64,000 nt of DNA from Phycisphaerales bacterium (GCA_965227775.1 OZ245777.1:1152001-1216000), one strand, 5' to 3'. Positions 13,219 through 22,869 are shown, counted from the stretch's first letter. The notes: generated by a model from the letters alone, not told the origin. Translations and numbers: made by a program.

Positions 13219-14766
13219 GTGATCGACCAAACCCATGCGATCGAATCGGGCAAGAAGTATCGAACGCTGAGCGTGCTGATGCCCGTGTACAACGAGGCTC
13301 GCACGCTGCGCACGATCGTGTCGCGTGTTCTCAACGCTCCGATCAAGGACCTTGGCCTGGAGATCGAGCTTATTGCTGTCGACGATGGCAGCAAGGATCG
13401 CTCGCGGGAGATCCTCGCCGAGCTCGCTGAGAGTGATGCCCGCATCCGCGTCTTCCACCAGCACCGCAACTACGGCAAGGGTGCCGCGATCCGCCGGGCG
13501 ATCGACGAGTGCACGGGCGACATCGCGATCGTGCAGGACAGCGATCTCGAATACGACCCAGCGGATTATCCGCGCATGCTCCGACCGATCCTCGAGGGCA
13601 ACGCCGACGCGGTGTTTGGCTCGCGTTTCGCCGCGAGCGAGCAGCGCCGCGTGCTGCTCTTCTGGCACAGCGTGGCGAACCGGTTCCTGACCACCGTCAC
13701 CAACATGCTCAACGACATCAACCTGACGGACATGGAGACCTGCTACAAGGCGGTCAGGACGGACATACTGAAGCAGATCCCGCTCAAGAGCGACCGGTTC
13801 GGCATCGAGCCCGAACTCACCACGCGGCTGGCGCAGTGGAACGCCCGGATCTACGAAGTCTCCATCAGCTATCACGGCCGCAGCTATGCCGAGGGCAAGA
13901 ACATCACCTGGAAGGACGGTGTGCAGGCGCTGTGGCTCCTGTTGAAGTATCGCTTCCTGGACAAGCGGTTCACGTCCCATGATGGCTACTACATGCTCGA
14001 GAGCGTTCGGCGCGCCCGTGGGTACAACCGCTGGCTGCTGTCGCAGTTCGAGCGCTTCGTCGGCGCACGTGTGCTCGAGGCGGGTTGTGGCATCGGAAAC
14101 TTCACCGAGCAGTTGCTCGATCGCCAGCGGCTGATCTGTACCGACCTCGATCCGTATTACGCCGAGATCGCCGGCCGGCGATACGCGCACCTCGAGAACG
14201 TTAGCGCGTCTCAGCTCGATCCCTCGCTGGCCGAGGACATCGAGCCGGTTGCGTCGGAGAAGCCCGACACGGTGATCGCGATGAACGTCGTCGAGCACGT
14301 GGGAGACGACGAGGCTGTTCTCAAGAGCTACTGCGACGTGCTCCAGCCCGGCGGGCACGTGATCGTGCTCGCGCCCGCGCACGATTGGCTCTTCACCGAG
14401 TACGATCGCCGCCTCGGGCATTTCCGCAGGTACACGCGGGCGACGCTCGGAGAGCGTTTGAAGGCTGCGGGCTTCGAGGTTGTTCACACCCAGCAGTTCA
14501 ATCGTCTTGGCGTGCTTGGTTGGTGGGCCAGCGGCAAGCTCGGGCGTAAGCAGTTCACGCCCGGGCAGATGAAGCTCTTCCACCGCGTGCTGCCGATCGC
14601 CAAGCTCGTTGAGAACATCGACAGCCTCCCCGGCCTGAGCGTGATCGCCATCGGCCGAAAGCCCGCCCGTTCCCCCCAGGCCGCGACGCCCGCTGGTGAG
14701 GAGCAGGCGGAGTCGTCTTCTCAGATCGAGGCCAAGCCAGCCCAGCAAGCCGTCGCCAGGGTCTGA
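13219..14766 (+). CDS. Bifunctional GT2 glycosyltransferase (DPM1-like) / class I SAM-dependent methyltransferase
   Basis: SVLMPVYNE, VDDGSKD, NYGKGAA, QDSDLEYDP, LTDMETCYK, then VLEAGCGIG and NVVEHV. GTG 13219 has a GGAGG RBS; ATG 13192 is an alternative start. Confidence 0.9.
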   Translation: MIDQTHAIESGKKYRTLSVLMPVYNEARTLRTIVSRVLNAPIKDLGLEIELIAVDDGSKDRSREILAELAESDARIRVFHQHRNYGKGAAIRRAIDECTGDIAIVQDSDLEYDPADYPRMLRPILEGNADAVFGSRFAASEQRRVLLFWHSVANRFLTTVTNMLNDINLTDMETCYKAVRTDILKQIPLKSDRFGIEPELTTRLAQWNARIYEVSISYHGRSYAEGKNITWKDGVQALWLLLKYRFLDKRFTSHDGYYMLESVRRARGYNRWLLSQFERFVGARVLEAGCGIGNFTEQLLDRQRLICTDLDPYYAEIAGRRYAHLENVSASQLDPSLAEDIEPVASEKPDTVIAMNVVEHVGDDEAVLKSYCDVLQPGGHVIVLAPAHDWLFTEYDRRLGHFRRYTRATLGERLKAAGFEVVHTQQFNRLGVLGWWASGKLGRKQFTPGQMKLFHRVLPIAKLVENIDSLPGLSVIAIGRKPARSPQAATPAGEEQAESSSQIEAKPAQQAVARV

Positions 14767-14854
14767 GGCCGATCGCGACTGAAACGAGAAATCGCCGCAC
14801 GGGCTATCCACTCTCGGAGCGCTCCGAGCCCGGAGCGTGGTGGAGGGCTATGCC

Positions 14855-16228
14855 ATGTTCCGTGCCGTTACCGGTCTTGTGATGGCGAGTATTGTGCTTT
14901 TGAGCGCGGCGGGTGTCACGCGTGCGCAGTGCACGGCGGATTGGGATCGCGGCATAGGCCAGCCCGGCGTCGACGTCGCAAGCCTTCGCAAGGGGTTGGC
15001 GATCGCCGACCTGGGCGATGGGCCAGAGGTGATCATCAGCGGTCGATTCTCCTCGGTAGGTGGATCGGCCGCCAACGGCAACGCCCGCTGGAATCCGACC
15101 GATGGGTGGCGCACGTTCGGCACGTCGGGTCTCACAAGCGCAACCGGGAGCGTGCTGGGAAGCAACGTTGCGACCACCTTCCGCGGAGACTTTGTGGCCG
15201 GCGGAGGGTTTGCGTTTGCCGACGGCGAGCCGGTGAGCGGGATCGCTCGTTTCGAGGTATCGCCCGAGGGTGGATTCTGGGATTCGCTCAACGGCGGCGT
15301 CAACGGGCAGGTGCTCGGGCTGCGCGTGCTCGAGTTCGAAGGCGAAGAACTGCTCTTTGTTGGCGGAACATTCACGACCGCGGGGCGGGGCGCGGCCTCG
15401 AGCCCGGGCATCGCGGCTTGGGACGGCGACGCCTGGCGCGGGTTCGGCGACGGCGTCATCGGCTCGGTGAACGACTTCATGATCTACAACGACGGATCGG
15501 GGCCTTCGCTCTTCATCGCCGGTCGCTTCACCCTACCCGGCGGCGTGAGCGGCAACCTCGCGCGCTGGAACGGAACCGAGTTTGAAGAAGTCGGTGATGG
15601 CCTGAGCGGTGGCACGCGCCCCCGCGGAAACAGCATGGCGGTGCACGACTTTGGCGATGGCGATGAACTAGTTGTCGGAGGAAACTTCTTCTTTGCCGGC
15701 GGGGTGGCCGCCAACTCGATCGCGCGATGGAACGGGACCGAGTTTGGGACCGTTGGCGAAGGCTTCGACAACACGGTCACGACGCTCGTGATCGAAGACG
15801 TCGGTGATGGGGAGAAGCTCTACGCCGGCGGCAGCTTCGTGCTGTCGGGGAGCGAGGCCATCTTCGGCCTCGCATCATGGGACGGCGCCGACTGGCGAAC
15901 GGTTGGCGACGGTGTGTCGGGCGCTTCAGTTCCCGGCGTGGCCGCCGCGGTTGGGTACGACCTGCCCGGGGCGCGCAACTCGTTGGTGATCACAGGCGGC
16001 TTTTCGTTCGCCGGTTCTGACGCTGCCCGGAACATCGCGATCTGGGGCTGCGTCGCGGCGTGTCGGGCGGATATCGACGGCGACGGCAGCCTGACGATCT
16101 TCGACTTCCTGGCGTTCCAGAACTTGTTCCAGGACGCCGACCCTGCCGCAGACTTCGACGGTGATGGCGAGTTGACGATCTTCGACTTCCTGGCGTTCCA
16201 GAATGAGTTCGACGCCGGGTGCGAGTAG
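14855..16228 (+). CDS. Secreted beta-propeller protein with C-terminal GC-type dockerin-like domain
   Basis: Signal peptide ending TRA|QC; repeated (I/L)ARW(N/D)G...G.G..G.V blades; 55-aa tail CRADIDGDG...FQNEFDAGCE. Confidence 0.85.
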   Translation: MFRAVTGLVMASIVLLSAAGVTRAQCTADWDRGIGQPGVDVASLRKGLAIADLGDGPEVIISGRFSSVGGSAANGNARWNPTDGWRTFGTSGLTSATGSVLGSNVATTFRGDFVAGGGFAFADGEPVSGIARFEVSPEGGFWDSLNGGVNGQVLGLRVLEFEGEELLFVGGTFTTAGRGAASSPGIAAWDGDAWRGFGDGVIGSVNDFMIYNDGSGPSLFIAGRFTLPGGVSGNLARWNGTEFEEVGDGLSGGTRPRGNSMAVHDFGDGDELVVGGNFFFAGGVAANSIARWNGTEFGTVGEGFDNTVTTLVIEDVGDGEKLYAGGSFVLSGSEAIFGLASWDGADWRTVGDGVSGASVPGVAAAVGYDLPGARNSLVITGGFSFAGSDAARNIAIWGCVAACRADIDGDGSLTIFDFLAFQNLFQDADPAADFDGDGELTIFDFLAFQNEFDAGCE

Positions 16229-16372
16229 CCGGATCGCCTCGTGCTGTGCTCTGGCATGAGAATCTGGGCAATCTAACAAATTTTTCTGGCTCCGCGTGAT
16301 CAGGGCGAGGCTTTTGCGTTCTAATACGCAAGTGCGTCGCAGTGCCGCGATTGCCGAGGGGGATCCGCCATC

Positions 16373-18211
16373 ATGCTGAACCGATCGAAGACCGCTGTGG
16401 CTGCCGCTGTGCTCGGTGTTGCCGGAAGTGCCGCGAGCATCCAAGCCCAGTGCACCGTCTACCGCCTGGGCATGCCCGACTTCGACCAGCGACGCAGCAC
16501 GCTGCCGAACGACGGCCGGATGTACTGCGTGCCCACGGCCACGGCCAACGCGCTGGCGTACATCAGCAACCACGGCTACCCCGGCCTGCTCGACGGCCCG
16601 CGCGACTGGCAGAGCCAGGCCCACTACGACGACATCAGCAACCTGCTCGCAATCCTCGGAGCGACGATGTTCACCGATCCAGACACTGGCACCCTGAACT
16701 CGCGGTGGCAATCGGCCACCCAGGCCGCTCTGAATGGCACGGGCGCTTTTCTTGTTGGAAGCTACACCGCCAGCGGGTTTTCCGGCCTGCGCCCAACCCA
16801 GATGGCGGACCAGATGCGTCTCGGTGGGATCGTCCTCCCACGGATTGGCTGGTACGAGGAGTTCCCGGCCTTCTCCGGCCGATGGAGGCGCGACGGCGGC
16901 CACATGGTCACGATGTGGGCGGCGTTCGGCACCTGTGGCGATCCGCGCGACATGCTGCTGGGCTTCCGCGATCCGTCGTCGGATGACTCGTTCTTTGCGC
17001 AGAGCCAGTTCACCACCACCTTCAGCTTCTTCAGCCGCTCCGCCGCGTGGCTCTTCAGCCGCGACGGCGAGATCATCTTCTTCCCGCGCGAGATGTACAA
17101 GGTCGATGCGTACGGCGCCGGCGACGGCTTCCTCGACGGCTTCGGCGTGATCCTGCCCATGCACGGCCTGACAACCGATGCGGTGACGCAGGACATCGAC
17201 CTGAGCATCCCCCAGGGCACCAGCGATGAGCCCGGACCCAAGCGCATCCGCACGCGCCCATGGCCGGGCGGCCACCGGCTCATCGCCATGGCCCAGGGCG
17301 TGCTGCCCACCGAGGGCTTCGTGCTGTCGCAGCCCGACCGCGGCCTCGTTTCGCTTTCGAAGGTCCACTTTCTCGACGGCGAATTTGAGGCCATCGACTC
17401 GATCCCCTTCGCGGTTGATTTGGTCGTTGGCCGCGACGGCAGCGCCTACGTTGCGACGCCGTCGAGCATCCGGCGTTACGAGCTTACCGACGATGGCGCG
17501 ATCGGACTCACCGACTCTGTCATGCTTCCCGCCACGCCCGACGCCATGGTCTACGACGACGCAACCGACGAACTGATCGTGCTCAGCGTTGCGGATCGTC
17601 GGTTGTTCCGCATCAGCCAGGATCTCACGATCCTCCGCAACGACCAGGTGCCGATCGGTGCGCCCCTCATGGGAGACGGCTCGGTCACCGTGAACCCCAT
17701 CGATGGCAGCGAGTGGCTCGCTTCCACCGGCTCGCCCACGCTGACCAAGATCGTGCGCGACGGTGCCGGTCGACCGTCGATTGACGCCCAGCCAACCCTG
17801 CCCGGCGTCGATGAACCCACGGCGTTGCAGTTCGACGATTTTGGTTTCTTGCACGTGGTCGACGACGGCGTCATCCGTGCGTTTGAGCCGGGCCTGCGCA
17901 GCGCCTGGGTTGCTGCCGACACACCGCTCAACGGCGAGCCAACCGGTCCGATCTTCCGCATCGGCCGCGGCCGTAGCAATCACACGCCCGAGCTCGACGA
18001 CATCAATGTGTTGCCACCCGTGCCCGGTGTTGGCGAAGAGGACTGCCGCGCTGACCTCGACCTCGATGGCGAGCTGACGATCTTCGACTTCCTCGAGTTC
18101 CAGAACCTCTTCAGCGGCGGTAGCACGTGGGCTGACTTCGACTTCGACGGCCAGCTCACACTGTTCGACTTCCTTGCGTTCCAGAACGAGTTTGCGGCCG
18201 GGTGCGACTGA
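16373..18211 (+). CDS. Secreted putative papain-fold (C39-like) cysteine peptidase with beta-propeller and GC-type dockerin-like domain
   Basis: Signal peptide IQA|QC; DFDQ, MYCVPTATANAL, GGHMVT and GFRDP give the Q/C/H/D order; tail CRADLDLDG...AAGCD. The CDS is solid; the peptidase call is inference. Confidence 0.75.
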   Translation: MLNRSKTAVAAAVLGVAGSAASIQAQCTVYRLGMPDFDQRRSTLPNDGRMYCVPTATANALAYISNHGYPGLLDGPRDWQSQAHYDDISNLLAILGATMFTDPDTGTLNSRWQSATQAALNGTGAFLVGSYTASGFSGLRPTQMADQMRLGGIVLPRIGWYEEFPAFSGRWRRDGGHMVTMWAAFGTCGDPRDMLLGFRDPSSDDSFFAQSQFTTTFSFFSRSAAWLFSRDGEIIFFPREMYKVDAYGAGDGFLDGFGVILPMHGLTTDAVTQDIDLSIPQGTSDEPGPKRIRTRPWPGGHRLIAMAQGVLPTEGFVLSQPDRGLVSLSKVHFLDGEFEAIDSIPFAVDLVVGRDGSAYVATPSSIRRYELTDDGAIGLTDSVMLPATPDAMVYDDATDELIVLSVADRRLFRISQDLTILRNDQVPIGAPLMGDGSVTVNPIDGSEWLASTGSPTLTKIVRDGAGRPSIDAQPTLPGVDEPTALQFDDFGFLHVVDDGVIRAFEPGLRSAWVAADTPLNGEPTGPIFRIGRGRSNHTPELDDINVLPPVPGVGEEDCRADLDLDGELTIFDFLEFQNLFSGGSTWADFDFDGQLTLFDFLAFQNEFAAGCD

Positions 18212-18334
18212 TGGGTCGGCGCGTGCGAACGCATCTCTGATAGGGTCCAAACGGTTCCCGAAGGTTGATGGAGTTTGCGCTAAGTCTTCGAAGGTCCATC
18301 TGCGATCCTCACTTAAATCGATCTGAACAAATGT

Positions 18335-18373
18335 CGCTCTCGATTCGATCGAGAGCGGTTTTGTTTGTATTTC
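18335..18373 (+). terminator. Terminator-like hairpin with T-rich tail in the AT-rich spacer before the pilin gene
   Basis: Perfect 10-bp inverted repeat CGCTCTCGAT-TCG-ATCGAGAGCG followed by GTTTTGTTTGTATTT. Confidence 0.5.
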
Positions 18374-18538
18374 GCAAGAAAAGACACCTACTCAAACAGC
18401 CCGCAAGATCTGCGCGTTTGGATTCGCTATCGAGTTTGTCCTCGTGTCTGCCACCATTCTGCTCATGCCGTTCCTCGTCCACCGGTGGGCGAGCGGTTCG
18501 CTTCTTCAAGGCACGCAGAGTTCGGGGGAACGACGCCC

Positions 18539-19585
18539 ATGGATCGGACGACACGACATTCCCGACGGGTCAAGACTGGCCCGATTCGCACGACTGGTTT
18601 CACGCTCATCGAGTTGCTGGTGGTCATCGCGATCATCGCGCTGCTCATCGGCATCTTGCTGCCCAGCCTGGGCAAGGCTCGTGCTGCAGCCCAGCAGATC
18701 AAGGCCGCCGCGCAGTTGCGAGCCGTCGGTCAGGGCGTGGTGACCTACACGGTCGACAACAGGACGTATCCGCCCGCCTACGTGTATGCGAGCGAGCGTG
18801 ATGGTGAGGAGTGGGAGGTCAAGGACCAGCTCGATACCAATCCAAATCCCGCGAATGGCTACATCCACTGGTCGTGGGCACTGTTCGAGGGCGGCAACCT
18901 TCCCCAAGACGCGTTCGCATCTCCGGCGGCGCTCAACGGTGGCGCTCCGGCGACGAATCCTGGTCCTCGGTACGACGACTGGGAGGATGAGCAGCGAAAC
19001 GACCTCGGCGGGCGACGTGAGCAGCTGCCGCAAGAGCCCGAGGATCGCCAGCTCAAGCGGATGGCATTCACCGGCAACGCCGCGATCTTCCCACGCAACA
19101 AGTTCGCGACGTCGACGCCTCGCCGTAATCGATTGGTGAATCCGGACTGGCTCAACAGCGCGAGCAAGACCATCCTCGCCACCGAGTTCCAGGAAGGACC
19201 GAACTGGAACAGCCTGTACGGCAGCACACCGGGTGTCATCAAGAGCCACCGCCCGGTCACGCCCTTCCTCGGCCGCGGCGCTGGTCAGGACGTGTACCGC
19301 GAAGCACCTGGCAGCTCGCGGGCCGAGGCTCGCTTCGAGTATCCGGATCCCGACCGCGACATCATCGACGACAAGCAGGCCGCGCAAACTCCTGGCCTGA
19401 TCGAGAACGCACAGACGAACCTGAATGCGGTCAGCCGCAAGCACAGCGGCAAGGCAAACTTCGTGTTCGCCGACGGCCACGTGGACCTTTTTGATGTCCG
19501 CGAGACCATCCGCCAGCGGCTGTGGGGCGACAAGTTCTACAGCCTGACGGGCAAGAACATCGACGTCGACCTCGATCGCGATTGA
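18539..19585 (+). CDS. Prepilin-type N-terminal cleavage/methylation protein with H-X9-DG motif (DUF1559-like pseudopilin)
   Basis: Basic leader then [30 protein letters not shown]-terminal [12 protein letters not shown], exactly H-X9-DG. Confidence 0.93.
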   Translation: MDRTTRHSRRVKTGPIRTTGFTLIELLVVIAIIALLIGILLPSLGKARAAAQQIKAAAQLRAVGQGVVTYTVDNRTYPPAYVYASERDGEEWEVKDQLDTNPNPANGYIHWSWALFEGGNLPQDAFASPAALNGGAPATNPGPRYDDWEDEQRNDLGGRREQLPQEPEDRQLKRMAFTGNAAIFPRNKFATSTPRRNRLVNPDWLNSASKTILATEFQEGPNWNSLYGSTPGVIKSHRPVTPFLGRGAGQDVYREAPGSSRAEARFEYPDPDRDIIDDKQAAQTPGLIENAQTNLNAVSRKHSGKANFVFADGHVDLFDVRETIRQRLWGDKFYSLTGKNIDVDLDRD

Positions 19586-19593
19586 CTGAAGCT

Positions 19594-19725
19594 GCGGCCG
19601 CGGGAAACCGCGGTCGTTTGCATTTGCTGGCCCACAACGAGACATTGCCCGCAAGCCCGCGGGCGCTGGGGGCAGGGGTCCGCCCCCCAGCGATGGAGGA
19701 GCCGGGCGGTCGGAGCCGCTCCGGC
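19594..19725 (+). other. Intergenic element of four consecutive GC-rich hairpins
   Basis: GCGGCCGCGG-GAAA-CCGCGGTCGT; GCCCGC-AAGCCC-GCGGGC; CGCTGGGGG-N11-CCCCCAGCG; GCCGGGCGG-TCGGAG-CCGC(T)CCGGC. Confidence 0.55.
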
Positions 19726-19773
19726 AGGACCACGAGCAAGAAGCTTCCTGTTCACCCTGCGGAGAGAAGTTCC

Positions 19774-22700
19774 ATGAAGACGAGCAACAAGATTTCGACG
19801 CTGCTGGCCGCGTGCGGCCTTGCTGGCGCCGCGGCTACCGCTGGCGCGCAGAGCCTCAACATCACGGAGATCATGTACAACTCGGCGTTCGACCCCGACA
19901 ACGCCTGGGAGTTCTTCGAGGTCGTCAACACCGGCGATACCGCCATCGATGTGAGCGGCTGGGTCTTTGACGACATCGGTGGCGCGCCCGTCACCGCCGC
20001 CAACATCCCCAGCGGCAGCATCCCCGCCGGCGGCAGCGCGGTCTTCTACGACGGCGCCAGCCTGAGCCTGAGCGAGGTTGAAGCGGCCTGGGGCAGCGGC
20101 ATCAACTTCATCGCCGTTGACAACTGGCAGGCCCTGAACAACAGCGGCGACACGTTCGGCTTGTGGGACAGCATCGCTAGCCACGACGGCCGGAACTTCG
20201 ACAACGCCGTGATCGCCATCACCTACGAGGATGGCGGCGCGTGGCCGGCCGACGATGGCGTGGCTTCGATCTACCTCGTCAACCCCTTCTATGACGCCAG
20301 CGAGGGCGCCAACTGGGCCCTGAGCACCGACGGCGTCGATGGCGGCTACGTCAGCAACCCCGCCGGCGGCACTTTGGTCACCAGCGTTGGCAGCCCCGGC
20401 ACCACGCCGGCCGATGTGGCCGTCCCGGGTCCGTATCTCGTAAACATCTCGGGCGCCACGCTGTTCGAGAGCTTCTTCGAAGCTCCCTCGTCAACCAACG
20501 ACTTCCTCGACCCCGATCTCGACGGCTTTGCCCGCCGCATCGGCCCGGGTATCGACCAACTCGCTCCCAGCGGCCAGCGCAGCTCGGGCGGCTACGACGA
20601 CGACGCGCACTGGATCGTCCAGTACCGCGCAACCGGCTCGGGCAACGGCCTGGCCGAGTTCGTGCTGACCAACGACCCCGATGGCCCGCTCGGCGCCACC
20701 CTGTTCGATACCACGCGCGACGACGACATGCCCCAGGTTGGCCTGATCGCCGAGAACGCCGAGAACGCTTACGCCAACCGCGAGCAGTGGGTCGATGAGG
20801 CCATCGGCCTCGTTCCGGGCGTTTACAACGCCGGCAACGCCGGCGGCGCGCCCTTCCGTTCGGCCACCGACGGCAGCTACCTCGTCTCGCCGTTCACGTT
20901 CCCGGGCACGAGCTCGCTGGGCGGCGTCCGCGTCGACCTCGCGGTGCTCGACGTTCCCAGCTCGTGGTTCGCCACGCAGGCCGGCGACGGTCCGCTCGAT
21001 GCCAAGCCCGGCACGCCCGGCTACGGCGGCGCCGGCATCTTCGCGGTCGACAAGGATGGCAACCCGCTGACGCGCAGCAACAACCTGCGCAGCCTTGGCG
21101 GGCTGCGTCCGTTCGATCCGGCCAACCCTCCGGCCGCGGGCGATACCCGCACCGTGTTTGACACGCAGGTCGCCTTCGTGCCGATCGCCGCGATCGTCAA
21201 CTTCGGTGTTGGCAAGGAAGAGATCCTGCAGAGCGAGCTCCGTTACGGCAACGCCACCGGCCGCCTGAGCACCGGCGAGAACCTCGTGTTCGTCACCCGC
21301 GACTCGGGCTCGGGCACACGCAACGGCTTCCAGAACTCCATCGGCCTCGACCCCTCGTGGGGCCGCGGCGAGAACGTCGGCGATCGCAACAACGACGCCG
21401 AGTTCAACATCCTCGGCCCCGACTACCTGCCCAGCAACAAGGGCGGCTCGGGCTCGATGGAAGCCACCGTCATCAACACCCGCCTGGCAGTCGGTCACAC
21501 CGGCGCCGAGCGCGCCAGCCGCTGGCTGTTCACGGGTCAGGCCGATCTGTTGGCCGTCCAGAACGACCTGATCGGCGGCACCGAGTTCAGCCGTCCGACC
21601 ATCGACGAGGTGCTGGACAACAACGAGAACGGCTACACCATCGGTGGCCCCGAAACCTTCACCACGCTCGGCAGCCCCCGCGCCGTTGCGCCGTCGCTCG
21701 GTGGCCAGGTCGGCACGGGCCTGCCGCCCATGCAGAACGCCCAGGCGGCGGCCTACCTCAACAACATCACCCGCAGCATCGCGGCGTTCGAGCAGGCCGG
21801 CATGGGTACGCCCGAGACCGACTTCACGCCCGCCGAGTTCCTGGCGCTCAATTTCGTGCTGACGGCCGCCACCGACTTCGTCCAGGCCACCGAGGATCCG
21901 ATCGATCTGATCCCCAACCCCGACTTCAACCAGGACCTGCAGGACGAGATTCGCGCTACCAGCATCGTGCTGGGCGATAGCCGCCTGGCCACCTTCGGTA
22001 GCGTCAGCACCACCGGCCTCGTGCCCAGCCGCACCACCGGCATCACCTACACCGACGGCGTCGCCGGCGGCGGCAACTACGTCGACCAGGCCGGCAGCCC
22101 CGTCTTCTACGGCGGGCCGCTCTCAGACCGCAACGGCCTCTCGGGTGACTTCAACAACGATGGCATGCGCAACGTCAACGACATCGCCGCCATGATCGGC
22201 GCTCTCGAGGATCGCGCCAGCTTCGAGCCCGGATCCAGCGCCGTGCTCGAGATCATCGGCGACTTCAATGGCGACGGAAACTTCGACGCCGAGGACGCCC
22301 GCTACTTCGCCGACGGCCTGGCCCTGGACACGGGCAGCGGCAACCTCGACCGCGTTGCCGGCTTCGAGGCCGTCGACGACGCCAGCGCCAGCGGCAACTT
22401 CTTCGGCACCATCATCGGCGATGGCAGCATCGCCTACGAGAGCGGCTGGAGCCGCTTCGACGTCTCGAACGTCGACGGCCTGACTACCCCGGGCTGGACC
22501 CCCAGCGCCGGTGCCGACGGCGTGGTCGACGCGTTTGACCGCGACTACATCGCCGCCCAGATCGCCGCCGTGAGCGACGGTGAGGCCAACTGGAGCGACA
22601 TCAACGAGGCCGTGCTGTTCGACCTCTCGGCCGATGTCACCGGCGACCTGATCGTCAACCAGGACGACCTGGACGCGATCGACGCCATCCTGGGCGACGC

Positions 22701-22869
22701 CTGCCCGGCCGACTTTGACGGCGACGGCGAGCTGACCCTGTTCGACTTCCTGGCGTTCAGCAACGCCTTCGACATGGGTGACCTCCGCGCCGACTTTGAT
22801 GGCGACGGCAGCCTGACCCTCTTCGACTTCCTCGAGTTCTCCAACGCGTTCGACGCCGGCTGCCCGTAA
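19774..22869 (+). CDS. Large secreted protein: lamin-tail domain, PstS/DING-like binding domain, internal dockerin-like repeats and GC-type dockerin-like tail
   Basis: Signal AGA|QS; LNITEIMYN...EFFEVVNTG...DVSGW (lamin-tail); ISGAT, YRATGSGNG, VTRDSGSGTR (PstS-like); GDFNNDG, GDFNGDG, ADVTGD; tail CPADFDGDG...DAGCP. Confidence 0.85.
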   Translation: MKTSNKISTLLAACGLAGAAATAGAQSLNITEIMYNSAFDPDNAWEFFEVVNTGDTAIDVSGWVFDDIGGAPVTAANIPSGSIPAGGSAVFYDGASLSLSEVEAAWGSGINFIAVDNWQALNNSGDTFGLWDSIASHDGRNFDNAVIAITYEDGGAWPADDGVASIYLVNPFYDASEGANWALSTDGVDGGYVSNPAGGTLVTSVGSPGTTPADVAVPGPYLVNISGATLFESFFEAPSSTNDFLDPDLDGFARRIGPGIDQLAPSGQRSSGGYDDDAHWIVQYRATGSGNGLAEFVLTNDPDGPLGATLFDTTRDDDMPQVGLIAENAENAYANREQWVDEAIGLVPGVYNAGNAGGAPFRSATDGSYLVSPFTFPGTSSLGGVRVDLAVLDVPSSWFATQAGDGPLDAKPGTPGYGGAGIFAVDKDGNPLTRSNNLRSLGGLRPFDPANPPAAGDTRTVFDTQVAFVPIAAIVNFGVGKEEILQSELRYGNATGRLSTGENLVFVTRDSGSGTRNGFQNSIGLDPSWGRGENVGDRNNDAEFNILGPDYLPSNKGGSGSMEATVINTRLAVGHTGAERASRWLFTGQADLLAVQNDLIGGTEFSRPTIDEVLDNNENGYTIGGPETFTTLGSPRAVAPSLGGQVGTGLPPMQNAQAAAYLNNITRSIAAFEQAGMGTPETDFTPAEFLALNFVLTAATDFVQATEDPIDLIPNPDFNQDLQDEIRATSIVLGDSRLATFGSVSTTGLVPSRTTGITYTDGVAGGGNYVDQAGSPVFYGGPLSDRNGLSGDFNNDGMRNVNDIAAMIGALEDRASFEPGSSAVLEIIGDFNGDGNFDAEDARYFADGLALDTGSGNLDRVAGFEAVDDASASGNFFGTIIGDGSIAYESGWSRFDVSNVDGLTTPGWTPSAGADGVVDAFDRDYIAAQIAAVSDGEANWSDINEAVLFDLSADVTGDLIVNQDDLDAIDAILGDACPADFDGDGELTLFDFLAFSNAFDMGDLRADFDGDGSLTLFDFLEFSNAFDAGCP

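Noticed and set aside
16303..16318. GG-N10-GC sigma-54-like site upstream of the peptidase gene
   Set aside because: The -24 half (GGGCGAG) is too far from TGGCACG to call in GC-rich DNA.
18212..18538. Pho box or c-di-GMP riboswitch upstream of the pilin-PstS-like unit
   Set aside because: I found no 11-bp-spaced CTGTCAT-type repeats and no convincing c-di-GMP-I aptamer pattern.
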